Shown here in pieces: positions 23,354 to 34,903 of a stretch of DNA of 64,000 bases; positions within the stretch are counted from its first letter, which is position 1; every line of letters starts with the position of its first letter. The DNA comes from Klebsormidium nitens. Lineage: Eukaryota > Plantae > Klebsormidiophyceae. The notes below the pieces were generated by a model. It had not been told where the DNA came from. It saw only the letters and a program-made list of their open reading frames with translations, and made no database searches. The DNA is taken from positions 19,942 to 83,941 of the forward strand of contig DF237356.1 in NCBI GenBank assembly GCA_000708835.1. Reading direction: 5' to 3'. Position numbers and translations under genes: made by a program.

Positions 23354-26300
23354 TCACCGAGACTCCCCGTCCCTAACCGGCAACATCTCTATAATCGCCG
23401 GGGATCCCCCGTCGGCCGACTCTTCAGTGGCCACTCTAGTTTCCCGACTTCCTTCTACCGGCACCGCCCGAACGACTTGGCTCGACTCCCCGCTCCCTTC
23501 GACTGGCGACACCCTCCCGGCTTGACTCGACTCGGCCCCCGCCGCAACCCGCGAACTGTGCCGAACGTCCTCGGTCGCGATACTGATCGCCCCGCTCATC
23601 GCCAGCGTTTCCACACTCGGGTTCTCGCTCATTCCGGGTTGGATCACAACCACAAACGACCGCCCGTCTTTGCCAACCACGCACGCCTCGTCGCCCCCGG
23701 TCTCTTTCCCGGGGTCTAGATTCACCTCGTACATCGGAACGTCGACCACCCGCGCGCGCACCCCGCCAGGGGGGACGAACCGCAGCAAACTTCCCCCCCC
23801 GACTCGAGATGCCGACATGTGCGCGAGGTTTCGCCGCACGCGCGCACGCGCGAGCCGCCGGTTGCGGCATATGCCGATCAGGCAGCCGAGGGAGAAGACG
23901 ACGAGGACGCACGCGAGGACCCCCCCCACCATGACGATCACGCGCACGAAGAGCGTGTTGCTGAAGTAGCGCTGGAAGTTGTACAGGTCGCAGTACTCGG
24001 TGGACGACTGCATGATCTGGAACGTCAGCGGGATGGCGCTCTGGCACCTGCAGGGGGGTAAGCAAAATCTTCAGAGCGCAGTTCGTCAATGAGTAAAGGA
24101 CTTGGTTTGGGGGGGGGTTGGACGACTGCATGATCTGGAATGTAAGCGGGATGGAGCTTTGGCATTTGTATGGGTTAAGAAGAAGGTAAAAGGTAAGAGC
24201 TGAGACCCGGATTAACTTGAGGATTGTGTTTGAGGATTTGGACGACTGGCACGGTGAGGCGTATTGTGCAGGATGGCGCTTCGGCACCTGTCGGGGGGGT
24301 AAGAAAAGGTTCGGAGCACATCAACGTTTTGGTTTGAAGACTTGGTTTGGAGTCGCGTTGGACGACTGCCTGACGTACACTGCAAGTGGCTGGCGCTCAT
24401 TGGGGGTAGGGGATTCGAGGACTCGACCGCAGACCAGCGGTGTTCTGCACAAGTGTTTGATGCCGGAAGAGGAGTTCTTGAGCTGTTTTGATCTGGGGTT
24501 GGAAGACTGTTCACCCGACACCTGCACCGAATGGGACTTGAACAGGGGAGGCAGAGAAGACCAATGAACTTGATCAAAATTGAGTCAAAAGCGAGCCTTG
24601 CACTTCTGCCTTGCTTGAAACGCCCTGAGTACTGGGGCAGAGGAAAGCGGGGGGATCAGGGCTGAATTTGTGCTCACGTCGGGTTACAAAAGTATTGGGT
24701 TTGTACCTTAGGCACCTCGAAGAAGGGGGACAAGAAAACAAAGAGCCAGGCCGGGGATATCATACCAAGCCACCCTTGTACAAAAGAAAAGTAGCGGGAT
24801 GAAAAGCAATCAACTGCTCTAGAACGGAGTGTGACCGATGGCTTTGATATCTTTGCTCGCTCAAAGGTGCCACCGGATCCGAGCATCAAAGAGCGGATGC
24901 GAAGCTCGCGAAAGAGTTCGGGTGATCTTCGCAATGGGAACAGGCCCAAGGCGAAATCAAAAGCAAGATCACGCTCTCAATTCAAACTTCGAACCTTTTC
25001 CAGCCAAAGTGCAAGCTGAAGCTATGGTCCACTTATACATCTCAAGCGGCCATATGTGATGCAGAAACAGTCATTCTGAGAAACTCTATCACCGAATGGC
25101 AAAGCTATGTTCAGCACAGAAAGTGCATGCAACCTTTGATGCACGCAGCCCTTAACGTCTCAAATAGCAGACTGCCCATAGTTGGACAAGGTGATTAGCT
25201 AAACAAAACCAAGCAAACTTTGATATCTCGGGCTGCAGCAAATCAGTGCACTGTTCGTTCAGTCTCCCCCGTAGAGGGCTCCCCTCGTGCCAGCAACAAA
25301 AGGGGATGCAAACATTCTGCTGAAAGTCCAATGAGTTGCTTTGGAAAGTTGCTAGTTGATTCAGTGTGCTGATCAGACTGTAACTATGCGCACGCAATCG
25401 CAAATTATTGGACGTAGATACGAGGATCGAAGCAGCACCCACCCCTTAGGGTTTGCTAACAGCCCTGTACAAAAGTTGCCGGATACAATCCAATCAAAAC
25501 TGGGCTCTCTTTTTTTTGGGCTGTGAATCACAGCACACGATTTCCTGAGATTATAAAGAAGGGGCGATCAGAAAGGGAGAAGAAGGTTGTTCATTCTATC
25601 ACTGCAAAGAGATCCCCTCAGGCAAAGCGAGTAAAATTGATACGACGAATCCAAGAGGCAGACTTGAAAGCACAAAGGCAGTTTTCAGTTCAACATGTAA
25701 CAAGCAACATTACGACCACTCCACACAAACTCAAGGCCAAAGCAAAACCACCAACCAGAGGCCGTACCTGTTGTACAAGAAGAGCGTGCTCCGCAACTTG
25801 TTCTGGCACGCCGCGCTGAGCAGAAAACTCCCGTTTACCAACGAGGATGGCAGCGACCTCGGGTCAGGAAACGGCCCCCCCGAAACGTTCCAGAACGCGG
25901 ATGGCAGCGAGGGACACGTAAAGAACGACGTTTGCTGGCGCCCCCCGGCGTCCGCCACACTCCCCTGCAGCATTGCGCGTCCCCCCCTCAAATGCACCCC
26001 AGATGGACCCCCCTGAAGTGCACCACTCGGGGAACCCCCCCCGGTTTCCCACCCAAAACTCCCCCCCTGGAATACGTCCTCAAGAGGACCCGCCTCTTCT
26101 TCCTCAAAGAGCCCGGTGATTGGTCGGCGCGCATGGAGCGGTGCCCGACCCAAAAGCGGCGCCGGAGCGCTCGTCAAGTGCGCGAAACTTCTCAGCAGAA
26201 TAGAGGAGAACCAGCCCCGAGCACTGGTTTCGCTCCCGCCTACAATGCTGAGCAACCTCCGGTTGATCGTGTTGCCAACCCTCGTTGGGACGAGCAGGTT

Positions 26301-26564
26301 CGACGTCGTGGCGCCCGGGTCCCCCCCGGACGCTACGACCATCACCTGCGGCCCGCCGATGGTCACGCATCTAGTTGCCGCGGCTTCATCGGCCGCGAAG
26401 AATGTCCCCAAGAACGCGGTGTCGGTGTCTGCCGCCCCTACAGTTAGTAAGCTGCATTGCAGCGGGGGTGCGGTAAAGCGGAAACTGGTCTCAGCAAAAA
26501 CTAGGGGTAGCAGAAATGAGGAGAGGAGGAAGAATGCCAGTAGGGGCCTGATTGGTGCTGACAT
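23354..26564 (-). CDS. Type-I membrane protein of unknown function, 496 aa
   Basis: Exons 26564-25768 and 24047-23354 join in phase 2 (LYNR|CQSAIP), 1491 nt in total. Signal MSAPIRPLLAFFLLSSFLLPLVFA, Cys-containing ectodomain, TM VIVMVGGVLACVLVVFSLGCLIGIC, basic stop-transfer RNRRLARARVRR, Ser/Glu-rich tail. Confidence 0.75.
24000..24410 (-). repeat. Tandem ~120-bp repeat x4 = acceptor plus start of exon 24047 of the membrane-protein gene
   Basis: GACGACTG anchors at 24003, 24121, 24241 and 24361 (periods 118, 120, 120). The copy at 24118-24164 is nearly identical to the exon start. Confidence 0.85.
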
Positions 26565-27718
26565 GGTGAGGATGAGCTCCTGGGAGGGGTTTGTCTGACG
26601 CTCAGGTAGGTTCAAGGCCCCAAAGACAACCCAACGCTTTTGACGGTGTTTTCAGCGCGCTTTTTCTCAGCGCTGAGAACATGCGCAGGACTCTGAGAGG
26701 GAGCAACCCTTATTCGTTCATTGGCGTTCTCAGGAACAGCCTACAAGTTGTAGGTCGACCTCGCAGTCTCCGAATCCCAACGATATCAAGCGACGGTTCT
26801 GTAGATATTATACGCAAGGGGCAACAATCGAAGTTTGGCTGCTACAAACTTTGCTACTACCTAATAGCTCCTTCGCCCCCTGCAAGCTGCGTCCCTGTCC
26901 AGCTAGTGCACTGTGCGACACGGTACACCCTTCTGGCAAATGCTTGAAGTTGCAGAACTTTGAAGCCTGATCAGGCTGATGTCAGATGATTCAAGAAACA
27001 TTTTTCTAGGTAATATATCTCAGAAGCCAAATGGACTTTCCATCTTTGCGATGCTCGTATGTCACCTGATTTTCCAGTGGCTTGTGTTTATTTACAGTGT
27101 TGTATCAGATCAAGATGATGTGGAAGTCGCGGCCGCGGATGGATGGGCTTTGACAAAAGCGCGACTGAATTTACGATTAACAATCATTCAATCTGCAATA
27201 TGCAATATGCGCGTTGTACCCGCCTTCGGAAAACTGGTATTAGCGCGAGCAGCTAGCGCAATACCTCCAAATTAGGGTTCCGACATGCCCAGGCCCAGCT
27301 GCCAAAGTTGTCCAGGTCCTCGGCAGAGCATTGATTCCGTGTGGGCGACAGCCACTTTTGAGCTTACTTAGCTTAGTTGCCTTGCAGGTTACTGCTCTTG
27401 TCATCACGTTGGCATCTTAGCTGCTGTAAAGGCGATTTCAAATGCTTGAATAAGAGCGAAGAAAGATATAACGGAATGTAGGACTCACTTTGTGGAAGAG
27501 GCGCCTCTTGCAAGCGAGCGGGACAATCGTCCCAATGTTGAAAGAAGCTGCGATTGAAGCTCATACAATAGAGACTGTAAGAGTCTTGCAATTCAGCCTA
27601 GCATGGCCCCCTTTTGCCTTCATTACCAAGACTATATCTCCTCGCAGGAGTGTTGAATCAAACAATGTGAGCCTTGCGGTTGAGCTTTCAAACGCCGCTT
27701 GACTTTCTTTCATCAAGC

Positions 27719-30700
27719 ATGTCGCAGGTGGACATTCTCCAGCTGTCTGAATCGCACCAGGACTTCAGCAACTTCGATCCTGAGCACCGATTTGAGGATG
27801 CATTTTCACCAGCTGAGACGAGGCAGGTCCAGGTGCTTCTTTGGGACCATGTGAAGACGCTGCTTCAGGAGGCTGAGCAAGAAGAGGTCAAGAGAGCACT
27901 TGGGGCAGCAGCGATCGAAGAGAATGAGCAGCTCTTCAGGGAGGCTGCGAGCTTGGAGGAGATCCTGGGGGACTTGCAGCGGGGTGGGGAGAAGCAGGCT
28001 GAGGTGCAGAGGCTGTTTGAGACTCCGGCGAGGAGCCTGGTGAGCTCTTAAATCTCTGCTTTGGTTTCTCATCTTCGTTTCTTCCAGCTTTGTCGTGGTT
28101 TGTGGTCCGTGGGAATTTGCATTCTTGTCGCTAGATATAGAGCGGACGCTTTTTGGGTTGCGCAATCTGGCCTCCTTTGCCAAACCAGCAAAGCGAGTTG
28201 AGCTATGGAATTGTTATGCAGATAGACACCGTAAACCATGACGTCTAAGGAGTTTGTTCTGACATCTGTCTTTATGTACACACAGCGGTTTAAATGATGA
28301 TTGCCCACAGTCTCTCCAATCTCCCTTTGAAAGCAAGAAGGCCGTCAGCTTTTCACAAACTTTGTGACTAGCGATCAGTCTCGATTAGAGTTTCAGTTTG
28401 GCTGCTATCTAATCAAGAACATGGCCCAATTTTGACCCAAGCGAACATGAGGACTTCTCCATGCCTCTTGATATACTGCTCACCACCACGGAGACAAACG
28501 AATCTAACAAGGATTTACACTCCAAGAGAAGCGGAACACAGTGCCAATTGCAAACTTGAGCAAGGTCGTCTTCTTATTCTCCCCAGGTTGAGGATGAGAT
28601 CCGGCTCCTCCTTGAAGCACTCCACCGGTCCAGCTCTGAAGACGTTCCAAACACCCAGTTCGACAATCGCTTTCCCGAACCCCTCCCTGACGAGCCACAG
28701 GAATCAGACAACTTGGACTCTCCTGAGAGCCCCTCGGAGTCCTTCTACTTCGTCAAAGCGCCAACGCCACAAGCGAGCAAGTCAGCCAGTATTGGGACTC
28801 AGCACTCGCTGCCAACTGATCGCAGCTCGCCAACAGCTTCTAACAACTTCCCAACGACTTATGCTCACCTGCCGGCCGCTTATAGCAGCCTTCCTAGTCG
28901 GAGGGACTGCCACAGCGCTCCGATCCCTGTCCAGAATGCAAAAGACAAGCAGATCTTTGAGTATCTCACAGCTCGGCCCGCATCTAGCGGATCCGTACGG
29001 CCTCGGACGTCCGACGGGCGAAGCCTTCTCCGTCCGGGCACTGCACACCTCCCGCGTCCCGAGACCTCGGGGGGTGTACTTCTAAATCCACTCCCGAGAC
29101 CGCAAACCGCGGCTGTTCGTTACTTTCCAGACGATTGTGGACGGTTCCTCACGGGACAGAGCTTGGATTCTCCTGTTTGGGAGCGTCCGTCGAGCGCCAC
29201 ATCTTACGGAGGTGCATCTTCTAGGAATTCACGTGCTGACCCCATAGAAAGCCCGCGGTGTTCTGTACGAGCAACTGAAACGAACGGTCCCGCAAGTTCT
29301 TCGGGGCTTAACCAGCGGGGCGTAGAGTCGGGCGGTTCTTCGAGACCGGGGTCACAACGAGGGCGGGCGCTCTCGAGAAGTTCAGACGGTTCGGACCGCA
29401 AGGCAGACGGTTCGGACCGGGGGGTGGGTAGCAGACCGGGCACCGGAAGCTCCCTCGGGGGGCATCAATCGAGGCAGATCGTAGAGGCTGTGGCTGACCG
29501 GTTGAACGTGTTTGAGGTCGGGGCGGTGGCGGCGCCTCTGCAAAGGGCGCTGGCAGATGAGCGGGTAAGTCCGTCCCGAAATTACGCACTTTTTCTTGGT
29601 CTACTTGCACTTTTATCTTTTACACCAGCGCTGTCTTGGTAGTGGGCGTGCGAGGTGTCAAAGAAACCATTCGGGGTTTGGCTGTGGTATCGTCGGCCAG
29701 AACTCGGCATAAGTTCCGGTCAGGCCAGGTATGTTGCTCGCCCGTGCTGTGATGAAATGGAACTTCAGAAGGAAGGAATACGCACCCCGTGTTGCTTACT
29801 AAGCACCACCTCCACGGTAGCTGGAAATTTGGATTCGTAAAATGGCAAAACCAGTCATAAATAAATTGAGCGCCGATGTATCCGCAAAAATGGCGCTTGC
29901 CACGGTTCTTCCGACCATGTCGTGCGCGGATTGCTCGCATCAGACATGACCGACAGATTTAGCATACCGCACAAAAAGCAGATCTTACACTGGCATGTCC
30001 TCTGATTGTTGACGAATTGCTTCAAGAGGGCGCTAAGCAGGTGGTTGTGCGGCGGTCCCTGTGCGAGAAGAGAAGGGCATCACATCTGACCATGTTATGG
30101 CGACCAGATTATTGGCACACGGGCCATCTGGTCGCCGCAGCGTTACGGGCCACAAAACGTTAAAGCTTAACACGCTGTAACCTACACCCCTTGAATGCAG
30201 GCGGCACTCTTGGAGGACATCGAGTGCCTGCACCAACTGATTGACGAGGAGGCGGAGTCGCATCATAAGGTGACTGTCTGCCCCGGCGACGCGCTGAGAG
30301 CGTGCTGACGTTGTTTTCTGCGTTGGCTGACGTTACAATTTGTCTCTCGCGTTAGCTTCGCAGCAATAATTTTAACCGTTTCGTAGGCCGGATCATTGTA
30401 TGGTCTTGCCGACCAAGCCGGAAAAGCAGATTTGCTGGAGCAGAACAACAGTCACTTGGCAATTGCACGACGAAGTGCAGAGTGCGGGAAGAAGGACAAC
30501 GGACTGCCTCACCGAAACGATGTTTGAACGTGTGAGGTTAACCTTTGAGAAGAGAAATTGGCGAAGAACTGGCTTTTGCTTGTATGTCAACCGAACCGGC
30601 TTACGTGCAGATCGGAAGGAGTTTGTTTGTCCGGCTTTCTTTGAGCCTTGCCATCTGTGTTTTAGATCTGCTCAGTTTGATAAGCTGGCTACTCAATTGC

Positions 30701-31781
30701 AGGCACAACCGTCGCTTGCTTCCGGACTGCCTTCCAAGAAAGCCTCGGTCCCTGGACTGTTTTCGTTCGTTCAGGTGCTTTGGACTGCGACTGTGGGATT
30801 GAAAAATTTTCTTCGCATTGCCGTGTCTGTGAGTCGAGCTTCTGCGTCTTGGTATCAAGTCCGTCCCCAGCACTCAAGGTGTCCCCAACCTAGTTCTTAG
30901 CTCAGAAGCTCTGGAAGAAGCGTGGCCCAATGAGCAGATCATCCGGCAGACAATCGAGTGCTCAGCAAACGCAGCGACCTCCTGGTTTGCTGTTGAAACC
31001 CAGGTCGAGTCAGCTGGCATCTCAATTTGGCCTCGCACAGTCTTTCTTTTTCCGTCCTCAACCTCCAGCCTTGGCCGTCGTGGCAAGCGCATTTATCCAG
31101 GTTCCAACAAAGTACCTTGTACAAAAGGGAAACCAAAATGCTGACAGATTCGGTTGGCGGCGGCTCTTGCAGGCGTCGCGGCCGCCCCCGTCCATCAAAG
31201 ATTTGCGCGACTACGGCGCGCGCCTGGAGGCGTCCCTGCGCGCGCACATCGTAGAGGCCAATCTGACGCGCGAGCGGGCGTCACCGGCTCGGACCAGTAA
31301 GCAGATCGCTAGTGAGGCGAGAAACGGGAGGACTGGGGAATCCAGATTAGCAAGTCCTCGGAAAGTCGCGGAGCAACATAGCGCTGGAGGTTGGGAAGCG
31401 GGTACTAGGACCGACGGGCCTCGAGGTGACGGAATCAGCAAAGAAGAGGGAGTGAGACGTAATGGCGTTGATCGTCACATGACCGCAAACTGCGCCGGAG
31501 TTGACAGCCACAAGGGGGAATTGCAGAGAAGCAACGGTTGTGGGCGTACACAACAATCAGAGAAGAAGTCAAATGCGTTGAAACATGTTACGACCATCAA
31601 GGTGGATCGACTGGAACAGTTGCCTGTTTCAGTCGGAGACGAGGATGCGTCAGGGGAGCGCTGGAGCCCTAGCATGAAACGGACGTCCTCAAGCAAAGTT
31701 CGGAAGTTTCGCAGTTTCGTGATGGACTTGCAGACCGAAGCCTCTGGCGCTGCGTCGCTGTGTCGAGCAGAAATAACCTGA
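27719..31781 (+). CDS. CCDC24: CCDC24-family coiled-coil protein with low-complexity insertions
   Basis: Exons 27719-28039, 28587-29564, 30201-30269 and 31173-31781, all phase 0. LLWDHVKTLLQEAEQEEVKRALGAAAIEENEQLFREAASLEEIL and AVADRLNVFEVGAVAAPLQRALADERAALLEDIECLHQLIDEE match recalled CCDC24 blocks ([70 protein letters not shown]). Confidence 0.7.
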
Positions 31782-33311
31782 AAGAGTCTCTTTGCTTCTG
31801 TAAGCGAAAGTGCTAACGGCGTACTAAGAAAGAAACGCAGGATCTGCCAACGACTTTCAGGCAACTTAGATCACAACGTGGCAACTCGTCTACAATTGCA
31901 AGGTGATTGTCCGCCTGCATAGGTAGTAGTGACGGCTCCTTGGTACGTCCGTGCATTTGCGAGGCTGTTGCGCGCCATACCTTGAAGCCTTGATCGCACT
32001 GTGTGAGATCTCCAGAGGGGCTGAAACCAGGCTGTGCAATCAGCGCGGTCCATTCGATGTATCTGATACCAGTTGGCTGACAGAACGTGACTCAGTTTCG
32101 GGCCAATGTGGCACAGGTCGATGATCCACAAGGCGGCCAGGCTCGACTCAGCGCCAAAGCATGTGCGAATGTTTGCACCAAACGGCGATTCAATTGACTA
32201 AAAGATGCATCAGATGTCGCGCTCAGGTTGTCAAGTTCTTAGTGACATGTTACACGTTATGAGGCTCTTTTGAATTCAATTTTGAAAGAGCCTCATTGCT
32301 CTAGTTAACATGCATAGCAATCAGTGAGTGACTAATATGCCACCAAAAAGAAAGCGATATGCGCGACGTACATGCACTATAGTAAGCTATCATTCTGGCA
32401 CGTTGATCAGGCATGATCGAGAATCGAAACGTGTGATGCAGACTTCGTGTCGAATTGGGAAACTAGTTCTACACCTATACTAAGCTGCACAAAGCATGTA
32501 ATATGCGGGGCCCTCAAGGAGGCTGTTCTTTCAACCGCTATAATGCATCATGGCCACTGCACTTATGCATAAAGAAGGACATGATCACAAGTATGAGCTC
32601 AACTGATCGTTGACAAGCTTGCAAAGCATGCTTTGTTGCTCAAAAGATGCAGGAAATTGATAACTCAACCTGATTTAGCTTTCAAGGCTGCTCAGTTTGT
32701 TGGACATTGCGTTCAGAGTCCTGAGTAGAAATCTGAAAACTTGGTGCTTGTTGTAGGGCTGTAACCTAGCTCTGCATTCAGAATGAATGTGTAACAACCA
32801 CAAAGGGCCGTTGGTCAATTGTGCTACCTAAGTATATCATAGAGTGCCTTTTTCGATTTGTCTGTAGAACAGGGACCTATGTACAACTCCTTGCTACGTA
32901 ATCACTATACTTTCAACTCGAGTTCTCACAACCGCGGAGGGCGCGTAAACTGTTACTATTGTACTCCACTGCGGATACTCTCAGAAAAGTGTCGAGTCAA
33001 TCCTGAACTTGACCCTGTGTTGTAGCTCTTATTTGCATCCCAGCATTGCCTAGTATACCTGCAGAAGAAGCAGTAAGCAAAGGTTGGTCCCTGAAGTAGA
33101 TAGTCATCCAGCTTGAAGAAGCAGGACCAGTCCATCCACAGGTTGATGTCAGATATACTATCAAACAGGCCAGTGAATGCTGTGCCTACTCAAGAGAGGC
33201 TCGCAAATGTACGAGAGACCTGTGTACCATGCACAAGGACTCCAGTGAATGCTACAAAAACAGGATTCCAGAAAAAACCTTACATGCTCAAAGAATGCTC
33301 TCAATGTTGAC

Positions 33312-34105
33312 CTAGTTCCCGAACAAGTAGCCCAGTGAAGAACCCCCTCCTGGAGCAGCTAGAACCTTCGACGTTGGACGATCCTGTACACAGAGTGGAA
33401 ACACTAATCAGGAATCCAGAAGAGCATTTTGCAGCGGAGACAGAATGGCAGACTCGGGTGCAATCCTGAAAGGCAACACACCTTCAAAGGTACTTTAGCA
33501 AATGCATACCATCTTCTGTAGGGACATTAGGGAGACAGTCTGCTGATTCTCTGAGCCTCCTTGTTCACTGAGTGCTCTGAGGCTCAAAACTTAAAGTCTT
33601 TCCTCTTCAAAATGGCGTCTTGGCCTCTTGCACTGCACACACATGCTTGACTCGTCCAATCTGCTTGCCAATGACGTCAAAGATGCTCAGGTTTACTGAC
33701 GTACAGAAGATTAGAAACCTATGACCTTTTGGAATTTGAGGGAGCTTTCTGGAAATAAGGAGGGCACGGTTTCTTGATAAAATACAGCAGCTATCTTACC
33801 GTGATAAAGTTGCCGGTGTTCTGACCCTCGACCCTGACATAGTTGTTGTTGTTCCTCCCCAATTGCTCTGGCTTCTTGTATTCGCTGAAGGACAGAGAGT
33901 TATGGCTTTCATTTGCTGCAATCAGGTTGGGCTCCTGGTGAGCGAGAGGCGCAGAGGTCTGAGTGCCAGGCTTAGCAGTCACTTCCGCCTGCTCGCGGAC
34001 CCTCCCCCTCCCACCCTTGGTGTAAGGGGCCACTGGCTCCTCTCCGCCTCCAAAGAGATAGTTCAGCTGGCTGCTCCCGCCGCCGGACATCTGACCACGA
34101 CCCAT
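33312..34105 (-). CDS. SPR1: SPIRAL1-like microtubule-associated protein, 125 aa
   Basis: Exons 34105-33800 and 33383-33312. N-terminal MGRGQMSGGGSSQLNYLFGG and C-terminal [39 protein letters not shown] are the SPR1 signature repeats. Confidence 0.95.
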
Positions 34106-34903
34106 GGCGAAGCCTGAGCGGTTGAGAGCGGAAGGTGAAGTAAGGCTGGGAGATGCTGATGCGTGGAAAACTCCTGTGACTGCTGCAAAAAGGCGCCTGC
34201 TGAGGAATGATTCGGAAGAATGCTCTTTTTGTTGCTGAAAAGTTGTGTGATATTTTCCGCAGAATCTTCCTCTCTTGAACAGGCGGTTGGACGCGGACAA
34301 GGACTTGACTCGAGGTCGGTTGCGACACAGGGGCAGAGAACTGTCCGTTGAGTCGCACTTGTGTCTCATCTCGATCGTCCGTTGGGCCACGTCAAAAGAA
34401 GTCGTTGGTAATGGACGGATGACGATGAAGTTGCTGGATCACTCGTAACGACTTCAAGTTCAAAAGTGGCGAGCACTCAGCAGTCCTACCAAATTGAGCA
34501 CTGGTGACTGCCGCTGACTCTCGAGTCTCGAGTCTGGCACAGCCTGGCAAAGCACTTTTCATCGGAGATTCCGAGAAGACTTTTGGGCCCCGGCCCCCTA
34601 CGTTGATGAGAGGACTAGCCAAGCAAAGCCTGGTTTCTGTGCAACTAGAGCGGCCGTAAAGTCAATCTAGGAACGTTCAAGGGCCCTGCACCACCTTCCA
34701 AGTTGAAGTTTCTTCTTTTGAAGATGCTTTTGCAAGTCAGTTTGTGGACAAAGTGCAGCAGGTGTAGCATGGTTGAAGGGGGCTAGTGTGTTAGCAAACA
34801 TATGCTCTGCATCAAAATCGCATCTAAGCTTCAGCATGACATCTCATGTCTATCTATGAGAACGTAGAATGAGGCAGGCGCCGTAAGGTGAAGTGCAGGC
34901 AGG

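Noticed and set aside
23436-24287. 283-aa alternative-frame ORF
   Set aside because: An out-of-frame overlap of the membrane-protein exon that begins in an echo copy.
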